Source: a virus
Taxonomy: Duplodnaviria > Caudoviricetes
IMG/VR virus record: IMGVR_UViG_3300023174_002791
Location: 1 to 59,269 of that record
Strand: one strand, 5' to 3'
DNA length: 59,269 bases
Part shown: piece by piece, positions 1 to 8,623 of the stretch
Layout: each line of letters begins with the position of its first letter
How positions within the stretch are numbered: the first letter of the stretch is position 1
The notes under the pieces: generated by a model
The model's input: the letters and a program-made list of their open reading frames with translations, nothing else
Told to the model about the DNA's origin: nothing
The model's database searches: none
Program-made: the position numbers and the translations under genes

Positions 1-128
1 GCAACTCTCTTTCGATTAGGGTCTCTAGGACACGGTTAGTTTTTTATTAAGTTGTTATTTTATTTTAGTAAGTAGTACGTGTTACAGCACCAGTTACTTG
101 AAATTCTGCTGAGTAAGAAACAATGTCT
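1..128. repeat. Terminal direct repeat, copy 1 (circular assembly overlap)
   Basis: Identical to 59142-59269 except position 2 (C vs T at 59143). Confidence 0.95.
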
Positions 129-478
129 CCTACACCACCCTTAACTTCGTATGATGTTAGGAAGGCAGAACCAGTGTACTTAGTGTTTCCTGCTGTCGAA
201 CCTTCAGGTCCGTATACAAAAGCGCTCGCTGTGTCAAAACCAACAAGACCTGCTAGGTAACTGTCGATGGTTGCATCGAACGACCCTTCTACAGAAATTG
301 TTGAATCTGAGAAACCAATCACATAAGACTTCGATGTTGAACCGAAAGAAGTGGTTTCCAAAGTTTCGATAGAGCGTGGCATTGTTACAGAATTCAGTGA
401 GTTACTGATGTCTCTAACTACTGCGCCCGCGTCTGCGATTGTGAACTGCGAGTTTTTACCGTGGCGAAATGTTGGCAT
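65..478 (-). CDS. Major tail tube protein
   Basis: 137 aa Ser/Thr/Gly-rich; ETTSFG..K.Y..G motif and terminal SAEFQVTG; lies directly before the tail chaperone on the circle. Confidence 0.8.
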   Translation of the reverse strand: MPTFRHGKNSQFTIADAGAVVRDISNSLNSVTMPRSIETLETTSFGSTSKSYVIGFSDSTISVEGSFDATIDSYLAGLVGFDTASAFVYGPEGSTAGNTKYTGSAFLTSYEVKGGVGDIVSYSAEFQVTGAVTRTTY

Positions 479-480
479 TG

Positions 481-1227
481 TTATCTCCTTGCGAATCCAA
501 CGGTGATGGTTGCTGACCCTGATGAACCAGCAAATGCAGAAACGTTTGCACGAACGTATCTGTTTATTGTTGTTCCAGCGGCAATCTCAACACGTTCTGC
601 TGTGACTGTCGATGAAGTTGTTGCTGTAAAGGACGTTAAATCAACCCACGTTGAGTTGTTGGCTGAGTGTTGTACCTTCACTGTGATTGCACCATTACGA
701 GTATTAGTCGTAACGTGCAAATGAGCAACGCCACCATTTGTGCTTATTACGGCGTTGTCCACACTTGCGTTTGTTGCTGTTGAGGTTAGAACTTGATTAG
801 CGGCAAGCAAAACGCCACCATCAAGACCACCTTGAGTACCGCTTGCTTGCGCTTCGGCACTGATAGTCACCATATCTGCAATAGCAGATTTGATTTCATA
901 AGAAGTTTCATCGGTATTAATTAGAGTTGCACGGCGACCAATTGCGACACCTTCTTGTCCTACAGTAATAACTTTCTTTGTAGTAGAAGCAATAGCATCG
1001 TGCAGAACCTTGTCAGAGCCTGAAGTATCTAGAACACCAGACCACAGACCTTCAAAACTTACGGTGCCATCTTTTTGACCAACAGCATAAGTCTTACTGG
1101 TAGAGCCAAAAGTCGTTGTATCGACAGTCTCTGCCATTGCAGACAATGTTGCTGAATTAAAGTAAGTGGTTAAATCGTATTTATCGAAAAGAACAACGGT
1201 ATTTTTACCGTGACGAAAAGTAGGCAT
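481..1227 (-). CDS. Second tail-tube paralogue with C-terminal beta-rich extension
   Basis: Shares MPTFRHGKN start and TT.FGSTSK.Y..G motif with 65..478. Confidence 0.7.
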   Translation of the reverse strand: MPTFRHGKNTVVLFDKYDLTTYFNSATLSAMAETVDTTTFGSTSKTYAVGQKDGTVSFEGLWSGVLDTSGSDKVLHDAIASTTKKVITVGQEGVAIGRRATLINTDETSYEIKSAIADMVTISAEAQASGTQGGLDGGVLLAANQVLTSTATNASVDNAVISTNGGVAHLHVTTNTRNGAITVKVQHSANNSTWVDLTSFTATTSSTVTAERVEIAAGTTINRYVRANVSAFAGSSGSATITVGFARR

Positions 1228-1487
1228 TATTCAGCCTCTCCTTCTTCTGAGGCAGGAACGTCTGCGATTACTTCTTCTTCTTTGATTTCTTCTTCTACAA
1301 CAGTTTCTTTAACAGTCTCAACTTTGACTTGTTCGACAACTGTTGCTTTCTTGTCGGTGGATTCAATTAGCCCTTGTTCGAGCAACCATTTAATAGAATC
1401 ACCAGGCAGGTCTGTAGCAATTTCACCTGCTTCAACACGCTTGTTAGGTGGGTAATCAATCCCAACCGTTGCACGGTACTGAGCCAT
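1227..1487 (-). CDS. Small virion-associated protein (acidic tail)
   Basis: Start re-called at MAQYRAT behind AAGGAGG; TAATG coupling to the next gene. Confidence 0.6.
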   Translation of the reverse strand: MAQYRATVGIDYPPNKRVEAGEIATDLPGDSIKWLLEQGLIESTDKKATVVEQVKVETVKETVVEEEIKEEEVIADVPASEEGEAE

Positions 1488-1583
1488 ACTGCCTCCTTCG
1501 GACAGGAAAGACCCCAATACCATTAAGGTCACTTGGACACGTTTACGGCTGGGGTCTCTAGGGACACGTTTGAGTAAAGAATA

Positions 1584-1883
1584 TCACTCAACACTGTTAT
1601 TTTTATGTTCACGCTCGGCGCGTTCTTGTTGAACCATTGCAAGAGTTAAGAAATAACCAATGCCATCTACAGTGTTATCTAATTTTGTTCTATGAACTTC
1701 GCGACCAATCTTTACACCAACCATACATAGTGCTACCTGCTCTGCGGTTACAGGTGCATCAAGAATTACTTCCCAAATACGAGCAATACGAGTGAAGTTA
1801 TCTAGTGGGTGGTCATAATCTGCATTACGGTCTTTCTGCACTAACTGTGCAGCGTAAGCAGCAATGTCATCTACGCTCATCAT
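1584..1883 (-). CDS. DUF6378-like phage protein
   Basis: Y.HP.DNF.RIA..W, VALCM...KI.R, DN.VD.IGY motifs; ATGA overlap with the upstream stop. Confidence 0.7.
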   Translation of the reverse strand: MMSVDDIAAYAAQLVQKDRNADYDHPLDNFTRIARIWEVILDAPVTAEQVALCMVGVKIGREVHRTKLDNTVDGIGYFLTLAMVQQERAEREHKNNSVE

Positions 1884-3079
1884 AGGATTTGTAGGTCTTT
1901 CACTTTCGCTTCTGGATATGTCGCGAACGTCAGAATCCCAGGTTCGCTGTGTTCCCCTGTTGTTTGTCGAAACCATTCACTACCCCCGTCTAACGCTGGC
2001 GCTTGAATCCAATGAACACTACCCCAATCGGCTTGGCGAAGATGGTGATAGTGACCTGTTATCAAAATGTCACATTCACCAATTGGCTGACGACCTAACG
2101 CCATCTTACTTAACCAAGTCTTTAATTTCTGTTCAGCAGTTCCGCCTGAACGAGCAGTGTGACCGTGAGTTAATCCTAAAATCCAACCAGCAGTTTCTAC
2201 CGTGAGCGATAAATGGTCAGGCGCAATAATCGTCTCAATATGACCGTACGTTTCGGGATTGAACGCCAAGGCGTCTTTGACTTGGTCAATAACAGCAAGG
2301 TCATCATTGTCGGCAAGGGTTGTGAAGGCTTTGCCGTTGCTACTTCTGTTCTCACCGTGGTTACCTCCGACGGCAATAAGCCTAACTTTCTCAAAATGCG
2401 GCGACCATTGACGAATTGACTCAAGCAATAAGGTTCTAGCGGCATTGACTTGCGCCCTTCTATCTAAATCGATTCCAAACGTCTGCATTTCATAATGTCC
2501 TAAACAGCCTTCTACGCTGTCTCCCGTCCAAATAATCTGGAGGGTACCCAAAGGTCTCCGAAGTCTTTTTAACTCCTCTACGCGGCTTAGAACCCCCTCT
2601 ATGCCCCTAAGAACACGGGCGGCTGTGGCTACACTTCCACCACCTTCAGGCTTTCCAAGTTGCCAGTCAGCGAGTACAACATTGAAGACACCTTCGCCAT
2701 AACTTACTTTTACTTTAGGACGTTTGTGTTTCTTTATTTCTTCTTTCAACGAATCTAAATTGTAACTTACTTTATCATCAGCAATACGAACAACTTTGCC
2801 TTTCCATTGACGGTTAAGTCCACCATCAGGATTGCCCCATACGTTAAACAAAACAGGCTCTACAACAGCAAAAAACTCTGGGTCTAATCCCCACATACGA
2901 AGAACGCTTGACCAGTCAGGAGCAATTTCACCATCCATCGGCATAGTGGTGACTTCGCCTTCGTCACCCTTCCATTCAATTCCAGGCACCCATTGAGCCT
3001 TACGGTCTCTTTTTGGGGGTTCGTATTGTTCTTGCTCTGCCTGACCTACAAGCGCCTTGACGCGTTCATCAAAACTCAC
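1880..3079 (-). CDS. Calcineurin-like metallophosphoesterase
   Basis: LADWQ, GDSVE, GNHGE, HGH, GHYH metal-binding motifs. Confidence 0.85.
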   Translation of the reverse strand: MSFDERVKALVGQAEQEQYEPPKRDRKAQWVPGIEWKGDEGEVTTMPMDGEIAPDWSSVLRMWGLDPEFFAVVEPVLFNVWGNPDGGLNRQWKGKVVRIADDKVSYNLDSLKEEIKKHKRPKVKVSYGEGVFNVVLADWQLGKPEGGGSVATAARVLRGIEGVLSRVEELKRLRRPLGTLQIIWTGDSVEGCLGHYEMQTFGIDLDRRAQVNAARTLLLESIRQWSPHFEKVRLIAVGGNHGENRSSNGKAFTTLADNDDLAVIDQVKDALAFNPETYGHIETIIAPDHLSLTVETAGWILGLTHGHTARSGGTAEQKLKTWLSKMALGRQPIGECDILITGHYHHLRQADWGSVHWIQAPALDGGSEWFRQTTGEHSEPGILTFATYPEAKVKDLQIL

Positions 3080-3420
3080 TTATCACACCTACAGCCACGC
3101 GCTCTATGTCGGCGCATTGTGGCTTCACTCATTTTGTAACCTTCGGCTTCACATAAGCGCACAAGGTCTACGTGTCTAATTCTTTTATCAGCAAGAGCGG
3201 TCTTTAGTAAATCGGCTTCTTCTGGATTGATTGCTACAAGCATCTGACCTACGAAACATTCTTGACCAGCAAATACTTTTGGGTTATTGACAAGTTGAGT
3301 CAAACCATCTTTAAAGGTGCTGATTGACGGCTTTGCATCTTGAGCATTTAAGCGAGTACGGGACGGTGAGATATTCCGCGAGGATTCTGCCACATCGCCA
3401 GCACTTGGGGAGTTCGTCAC
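3076..3420 (-). CDS. Hypothetical protein, possible HTH with RRHR..CxC end
   Basis: ORF coupled to the phosphoesterase; start uncertain. Confidence 0.5.
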   Translation of the reverse strand: MTNSPSAGDVAESSRNISPSRTRLNAQDAKPSISTFKDGLTQLVNNPKVFAGQECFVGQMLVAINPEEADLLKTALADKRIRHVDLVRLCEAEGYKMSEATMRRHRARGCRCDK

Positions 3421-3465
3421 GATTTAAGCCCCTTCCGTATGGGTCTTTTGTCGGCTCGCTCATTG

Positions 3466-3861
3466 TTATCTTTCTACATACGCTTGAAAGTTAGCAGCAA
3501 TACGAGGTCTGTCTTTGTCATCTAAGCCTAGAGGAATAAGTGCTCCTAGCGAAGCGACACGCAACACCTGCGTTGAAGAAATCGAGACGTTCGAGATACT
3601 CGATAACAAGTCTCTGATTGTCTTTGCACCATTACGGGCAGTAGGGTAATCATCGCGAGCGCCTCTTACGACAACTTGAATACGTGGCATATCTACATCG
3701 TAAGCGGCAGTACCGAAAGATTCTTTAGGTTGCATACCTTCGTACTCATAAATGGTTATGCAGTAGTCAGGAGACGCTGGCATCTTGCCAAGAAAGATAT
3801 TTGTTCCAAGGGTGCCAAGCGAGTTAGTTACTAGGTAATCACCTAACGCTTCAAGAATCAT
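3466..3861 (-). CDS. Tail terminator / minor capsid-type neck protein
   Basis: IFLG.MP..PD, P.IQVVVRG, LG.D...RP....NF pattern; position. Confidence 0.75.
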   Translation of the reverse strand: MILEALGDYLVTNSLGTLGTNIFLGKMPASPDYCITIYEYEGMQPKESFGTAAYDVDMPRIQVVVRGARDDYPTARNGAKTIRDLLSSISNVSISSTQVLRVASLGALIPLGLDDKDRPRIAANFQAYVER

Positions 3862-4256
3862 TGCAACATCCCCTTTATATGACGCTCAACTTTATCAGCA
3901 ATACGACCACTGATGCCGTTGGCTTGACGAACCATTGGGTCTTCAAGATATTTTGCTTTGCCGTGCGGGTGATGGGCTTCGAGGTTTTCGTGTACTGGGA
4001 TTGCGTATTCGGTTCCAGCACCGCCGTAGGTGAGTTCTACATACACCTCGTTGCCTCTTTCAAAGACCCCTGTTTCTGGTCGTACTCGCCCAGATGCTTT
4101 TAATACGCCAGTGTCTACTGGGACTTCATCTTGAGAAACAGCAAACGCTTCCTGCGCCTCATTACGTAAGGCTCTAGCAGCAACCTTTACACCAGCAGCA
4201 CCAGACTCTGCAAGCGCACGTTGGATTCTCTCTAGGTCTTTAAAGATGACTTTCAT
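3858..4256 (-). CDS. HK97 gp10-like neck/tail completion protein
   Basis: PVDTG.L..S, YA..VHE, KAKYLE.P motifs. Confidence 0.8.
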   Translation of the reverse strand: MKVIFKDLERIQRALAESGAAGVKVAARALRNEAQEAFAVSQDEVPVDTGVLKASGRVRPETGVFERGNEVYVELTYGGAGTEYAIPVHENLEAHHPHGKAKYLEDPMVRQANGISGRIADKVERHIKGMLQ

Positions 4257-4615
4257 TAGACACCAAAGTAAATAACAGTGTGATGATTTCCACCAGTGTC
4301 TTTTTTTGTCTCTATTCCTACAATTACAGGGGAAGTTGAGTTAGGCAGAGTTATTTTGTCACCGAGCGTGAAGTTAGGATAAGCACCATACAAATAGGCT
4401 TTACCAGCAGTCACAACATCCTGTCCTTCTGTATCTTTCATCAACTTAGATTCATAAACAATTCTTGCTCTCACAGAAGTAACTGAACCGCCATAAGTAC
4501 GCTTGCCATATTTATCAATAGCAGAACCAGCATTGAAAGTAATGCTGTCAGGCATCATTTCATAAAATTTAGAATCAATGCCTTCAGAACCACTCCACTC
4601 TTTTGTGGACGGCAT
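4256..4615 (-). CDS. Head-tail joining (stopper) protein
   Basis: DKYG turn, beta-rich, size and synteny. Confidence 0.65.
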   Translation of the reverse strand: MPSTKEWSGSEGIDSKFYEMMPDSITFNAGSAIDKYGKRTYGGSVTSVRARIVYESKLMKDTEGQDVVTAGKAYLYGAYPNFTLGDKITLPNSTSPVIVGIETKKDTGGNHHTVIYFGV

Positions 4616-5052
4616 TATTGATTACTTGTTTCAGAATTAGACGAACGAGGATTATCCATCTGCCCTAGGTAAGCGTCTGTGTTATATGTAGTTACATCTC
4701 GGTCAGCAGTTGATTTAAGTGCATCGGCGTTAGCCTTCCAATGTGGAGCATAACGGCGCATACGGTTACGACGAAGGGTTTCTGCTAGAGCAGCAAACCT
4801 AACAGATTGATTGCTGAAGGACTCGTTCAAAGATAGGTCACCAACAGATTTAGAGTAATCAGCCTTATGAGCGTATGAACCAGCAAGAACATCTGCGGCA
4901 TTAGCAGCGGCATCGTATACATCAGCCCATTCTGAGATAAGCCAATTAATCTCCTCATCCGTCATATGGGGAGCAGTGGAGTCAGTGTCTTGAATAAGGA
5001 AACGAACCTTATCGCGGTCAGAGGTCGCTGGACCAACATAGGTAAAAGTCAT
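4615..5052 (-). CDS. Head-tail adaptor
   Basis: D.VRFLI.DTD...TDEEI and S.SVGDLS motifs; synteny. Confidence 0.7.
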   Translation of the reverse strand: MTFTYVGPATSDRDKVRFLIQDTDSTAPHMTDEEINWLISEWADVYDAAANAADVLAGSYAHKADYSKSVGDLSLNESFSNQSVRFAALAETLRRNRMRRYAPHWKANADALKSTADRDVTTYNTDAYLGQMDNPRSSNSETSNQ

Positions 5053-5061
5053 ACCCCTATG

Positions 5062-5268
5062 TTACACGCGGCGACCCCAACTAACCCTGTTCCACACTCT
5101 TTCGTGCAAATAGTAAAGAGTGATTTTTGTAAACACTTCGAATCCAGCAATAAGTCCAGCCGTGGATGCTTTTCCAGTCACAATCCAACTGACAAGAAAA
5201 GTGTCAGCCGTACCTGTTGCTCGCCAAGTAAATGCTTTTGCGAGAGAACGAGACTTTGTTACATTCAC
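5062..5268 (-). CDS. DUF2061 family membrane protein
   Basis: RSLAKA.TWR ... E..TK..LYY.HER.W..V.WG signature. Confidence 0.85.
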   Translation of the reverse strand: MNVTKSRSLAKAFTWRATGTADTFLVSWIVTGKASTAGLIAGFEVFTKITLYYLHERVWNRVSWGRRV

Positions 5269-5822
5269 GCTAAATACCCATTCGGAATAATGTCAATCAT
5301 TAAGTGAACACGGTCTACGGTAGAAGGATTCTGGACTTCGTGCGTGAGCATATTGTTGATTTCCCATAACTCACCTTCACGCATATTGATTCCTCGACCA
5401 TCTATGAAAAACAAGACTTCATTAGAGGTGACAATGGGAATATGGTGACGACGTACAACATCTAGATAATCACCACCGTCTTGATGGGGTTGGATATTGC
5501 CACCAGCCATAAGTTTAGGAAGCATTACGCGACCAGCCTTGCCATTGTGGTACTGCTCAAGAAACTGAACAATAGGATAAATCTCTCTCCACAAATCAGA
5601 ATCAGGGTGCGTGACTGTTCCTACGTATGGCATACCTATCTGCCAATCAAGAGGACAATCGTGCAGAAAGTAAGTCTGAGTTAAAGCGTGGTTTTCAAAC
5701 GTGACTTGACGAGAAGTATTCTCAAGCCATTCTTCTTCTGTAAGAACGCCAACTAATTCTTTAATACGGCTTACATCTACATTACGAATGTGCCTAAATG
5801 TAAAAGGTTCGAACGACTTCAA
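5265..5822 (-). CDS. 2OG-Fe(II) oxygenase, aspartyl/asparaginyl beta-hydroxylase-like
   Basis: I.PHQD ... R.HIPI ... GE.WEINN...HEV.N....R.HL..D. Confidence 0.85.
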   Translation of the reverse strand: MKSFEPFTFRHIRNVDVSRIKELVGVLTEEEWLENTSRQVTFENHALTQTYFLHDCPLDWQIGMPYVGTVTHPDSDLWREIYPIVQFLEQYHNGKAGRVMLPKLMAGGNIQPHQDGGDYLDVVRRHHIPIVTSNEVLFFIDGRGINMREGELWEINNMLTHEVQNPSTVDRVHLMIDIIPNGYLA

Positions 5823-6574
5823 ATCCCTAACTCTTTTCTTTTCTGCGTGGCTGAAATAGCCTCAATCTCATCACCAAGTTTAACCTGCTCTATTTTATAA
5901 CCTACATCACGACCATAAACGATATTTGTAATGTTAGGAAATTTTACAACCATAGCGTTTCTCATCTTAACGTCGGCTTCAATAAAGGTCTTTACCTCAG
6001 CAAACATAAGCGGGTCTTTCTCGCTGGTCTTATAAGTATTACGAACACCAAGCACTACTTGGTCAGTGCGCTTGCCAGCCTCATCATACAAAGCGTGGTG
6101 TCCTTCGTGCCACGGTTGATAACGACCAAGCATAAGAGTTGTGGGTTTACGCCAGTCATACAAGCCACAATGGAAAATTACTAACTCGGCTTCTTCAGCA
6201 ATAGACATACCTTCAAAAATCATTACATCAAATTCAGTAGGGTCTTCCCACATTTTGTTTGTATCTACAAAGCGACCTTCTTTGATTCTGTTTACCCATA
6301 TAAGTTTGTCAGGCACACCAAAGGCTTCACGTGTTTCTTTAGTTGGACAAATGAAGTCAACAATGACTATCTGACCCTGCTCATCTAGCAAACGAGCAAG
6401 CGCTCCTAACCTACGAGCGTTCTCTATGCGGTCTTCTATAGCAAAACCAAGGTCTTTGTTAAGGTCTGCTCTAACTTTGTCGGCATTGATATGAATACCG
6501 TTTACGCGGTCTGCTAACTCAACAGCAAGGGAGGTTTTACCTGCACCCGCTTGACCGATAATTTGAATTATCAC
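5819..6574 (-). CDS. Adenylyl-sulfate kinase-like domain fused to HIGH-class nucleotidyltransferase
   Basis: P-loop GQAGAGKT, INAD.VR, LGF..EDR.EN.RR (CysC-like); C-terminal GRYQPWHEGH and ISAT; GTG start behind AGGAGGAG. Confidence 0.8.
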   Translation of the reverse strand: MIIQIIGQAGAGKTSLAVELADRVNGIHINADKVRADLNKDLGFAIEDRIENARRLGALARLLDEQGQIVIVDFICPTKETREAFGVPDKLIWVNRIKEGRFVDTNKMWEDPTEFDVMIFEGMSIAEEAELVIFHCGLYDWRKPTTLMLGRYQPWHEGHHALYDEAGKRTDQVVLGVRNTYKTSEKDPLMFAEVKTFIEADVKMRNAMVVKFPNITNIVYGRDVGYKIEQVKLGDEIEAISATQKRKELGI

Positions 6575-6580
6575 TACACT
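6551..6580 (+). promoter_or_regulatory. Putative sigma70-type promoter for a leaderless plus-strand gene
   Basis: TTGACC-N18-TACACT, 6 nt before ATG 6587. Confidence 0.5.
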
Positions 6581-6586
6581 CCTCCT

Positions 6587-7267
6587 ATGAGCACTCAAAC
6601 AATTTACTGGGCGGCTTACAACCAAGACTCTACACCTGAATTAGCCTTACAGCCACTGACTCGGCATATAGCAGACGCTCAAAGTGGTCACATAAACGAG
6701 AACCATCTTGCCTGTCCAGCAATTAGGGGTAAACACTCAAATACTTTTTACAGCACCTTTCCTTATGATTTAGAAGTTACTTTTAACGGTGGTCTTACAT
6801 CAAACAAGCAAGAGATGATAGAACAAAGAACAGGTCTGTATAAAGACTCATACGCCTTCAATTGGAATTACTACAGAATCTTTTTCTCACCTACATCTCA
6901 GATGATGGAAACTAGCCCAGCATTTCTTCACAACACTTCTTACTCACAACAAGGACACGCGCCAAGCGGAGCCTTTGACATAGGCAAATGGTTTAGACCC
7001 TCAGCGCCAGCCTTCCAATTGTGGTCTGGAGTTACAGAGTTCAAAGCACTGAAAGACGAGGCTCATCTTTACTTTAATTTTCCCTCTGCAAACAGAATCA
7101 TATTCCAAGAGTTCAAAATGACAGAAACGCTTTATAAGATTAGCAACGCTTCAGTTAATCTAAAAAGTCACTTACCAAGGGAAGGTCTTTCTTCTCTATA
7201 CAGTCGTTATACGCAAGCAGGTTTTAGCAAAAAGATTATGGCTGAGATTGAAGCCAACCTTCGGTGA
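6587..7267 (+). CDS. Hypothetical protein, paralogue of 7907..8623; only credible plus-strand gene
   Basis: Shares T.YW, C.A....NTF...P, FDIG.WFRP and L..LY..T motifs with 7907..8623. Confidence 0.8.
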   Translation: MSTQTIYWAAYNQDSTPELALQPLTRHIADAQSGHINENHLACPAIRGKHSNTFYSTFPYDLEVTFNGGLTSNKQEMIEQRTGLYKDSYAFNWNYYRIFFSPTSQMMETSPAFLHNTSYSQQGHAPSGAFDIGKWFRPSAPAFQLWSGVTEFKALKDEAHLYFNFPSANRIIFQEFKMTETLYKISNASVNLKSHLPREGLSSLYSRYTQAGFSKKIMAEIEANLR

Positions 7268-7904
7268 ACCAATCCATAGAATTTTTGTATTTTTGTATTA
7301 CATAATCAGACAGAACCTTTTCAGGATTTGTTTCAGACATACTTATTTGTGGTCGTACAACGTGCAGAGTAGGGATACCAAACTGCTCTTTATCTTTAGA
7401 CGTATCACCTTGAGGAATGTTTTGTAAATTGTGTGCATACGGAGTTAATTCTAAAAACCGATACAGGCAATCAAGGACTTCTTCTGTGTTTGTTATCAAA
7501 TCGTTATAACTTAACAAGTAAAACCAATCTTTATAAATAACGCTATTTAGAAAGGCAGTAAAGATTTTATCTATTTCACCATTAGGTCTCATTAACCAAT
7601 CACAACGAGCGTCATTAACTGGTCTATACGCTAATGGTGTGAAGTTTTCATCCTGCATAGATTTATCTATAAAGTTGTCAACAGGATATTTTTCTGCTAA
7701 CTGAACAAACGAAGCAAGTATTTCTAATACAGGTCTATACATAAGAATAATTTTAGGATTTTGTAGATGATATGTTTTTTCAATCAAATCATTTGTTCCT
7801 ATTCCTCTATCAGTAGTAACGGACAGATTAGGATTCTGGTGCAAGATGCTTGACAACAATGTACTACCGCTTCTAGGTAAGCCAGCAATAAAATAATTAC
7901 TCAT
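7236..7904 (-). CDS. Sulfotransferase family protein
   Basis: 5'-PSB loop GLPRSGSTLLS.IL..NP; KII...RP..EIL.S; Y.DL. Confidence 0.8.
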   Translation of the reverse strand: MSNYFIAGLPRSGSTLLSSILHQNPNLSVTTDRGIGTNDLIEKTYHLQNPKIILMYRPVLEILASFVQLAEKYPVDNFIDKSMQDENFTPLAYRPVNDARCDWLMRPNGEIDKIFTAFLNSVIYKDWFYLLSYNDLITNTEEVLDCLYRFLELTPYAHNLQNIPQGDTSKDKEQFGIPTLHVVRPQISMSETNPEKVLSDYVIQKYKNSMDWFTEGWLQSQP

Positions 7905-7906
7905 TA

Positions 7907-8623
7907 TTAATCCACAACATTCCTTTTGATTTCTTCGGTTATAACTTTATTTAAACCACGCTTAGTAAATTTATTATACAGATAGGAAAGCCCTTTGTGC
8001 GGAACTTCTTTTTTATAATTTACGCAGCCCCAATGAAGTTCCTCTAATTCCTTAGTCATATAGAACCGTTTGAGATTAACGGGTTCATCAGTATTAAATT
8101 TAATATAAGCCAAAGGGTCGTTACGTTTGATATGTACGGTGTTAACGCCTTGGTTCAATTGAATTGCACCTTCTACTGGTCTGAACCATCTGCCAATATC
8201 AAAAGACCCTCCTACATAGAAACCATCAACAACAGGTTTATGGTAATGCGCTGGGCTAGTAGTAATAGTCAAAGGTTCTTCACACCAAAATATCCAATTG
8301 CCTCTTACAGTGAAAGTATAAGCATCAAGTACAGAGGGTTCTTTCATTTGTACAAACTTCATCTTGCTTTCGTACTCCCGCCCTATTGCAAATGCACCTA
8401 AATCTGCATCTAAACCAAATGCCACAGCAAAGGGAAGACGAAGAACAAAAGTGTTTTTAATACTTGATTGAAAAGCGTGACATTGAAACCAGTTATCGCC
8501 ATTTGCTTCTTTATTTCTTCTAGGCAAAAGGTCTTGAAGTAAAGAGTCAGGAGTCTCATACAATAATTGAACGGCTGGATAATTTTCCATTACAGAAAAT
8601 GGAGACCAATAAACAGTTTTCAT
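7907..8623 (-). CDS. Hypothetical protein (DUF6065-like)
   Basis: C.AF...KNTF..P, FDIGRWFRP, K..DPL.Y..F. Confidence 0.7.
   Translation of the reverse strand: MKTVYWSPFSVMENYPAVQLLYETPDSLLQDLLPRRNKEANGDNWFQCHAFQSSIKNTFVLRLPFAVAFGLDADLGAFAIGREYESKMKFVQMKEPSVLDAYTFTVRGNWIFWCEEPLTITTSPAHYHKPVVDGFYVGGSFDIGRWFRPVEGAIQLNQGVNTVHIKRNDPLAYIKFNTDEPVNLKRFYMTKELEELHWGCVNYKKEVPHKGLSYLYNKFTKRGLNKVITEEIKRNVVD

Noticed and set aside
1-128. Biological direct terminal repeat
   Set aside because: Falls within the tail operon and has a k-mer-like length; assembly overlap is more parsimonious
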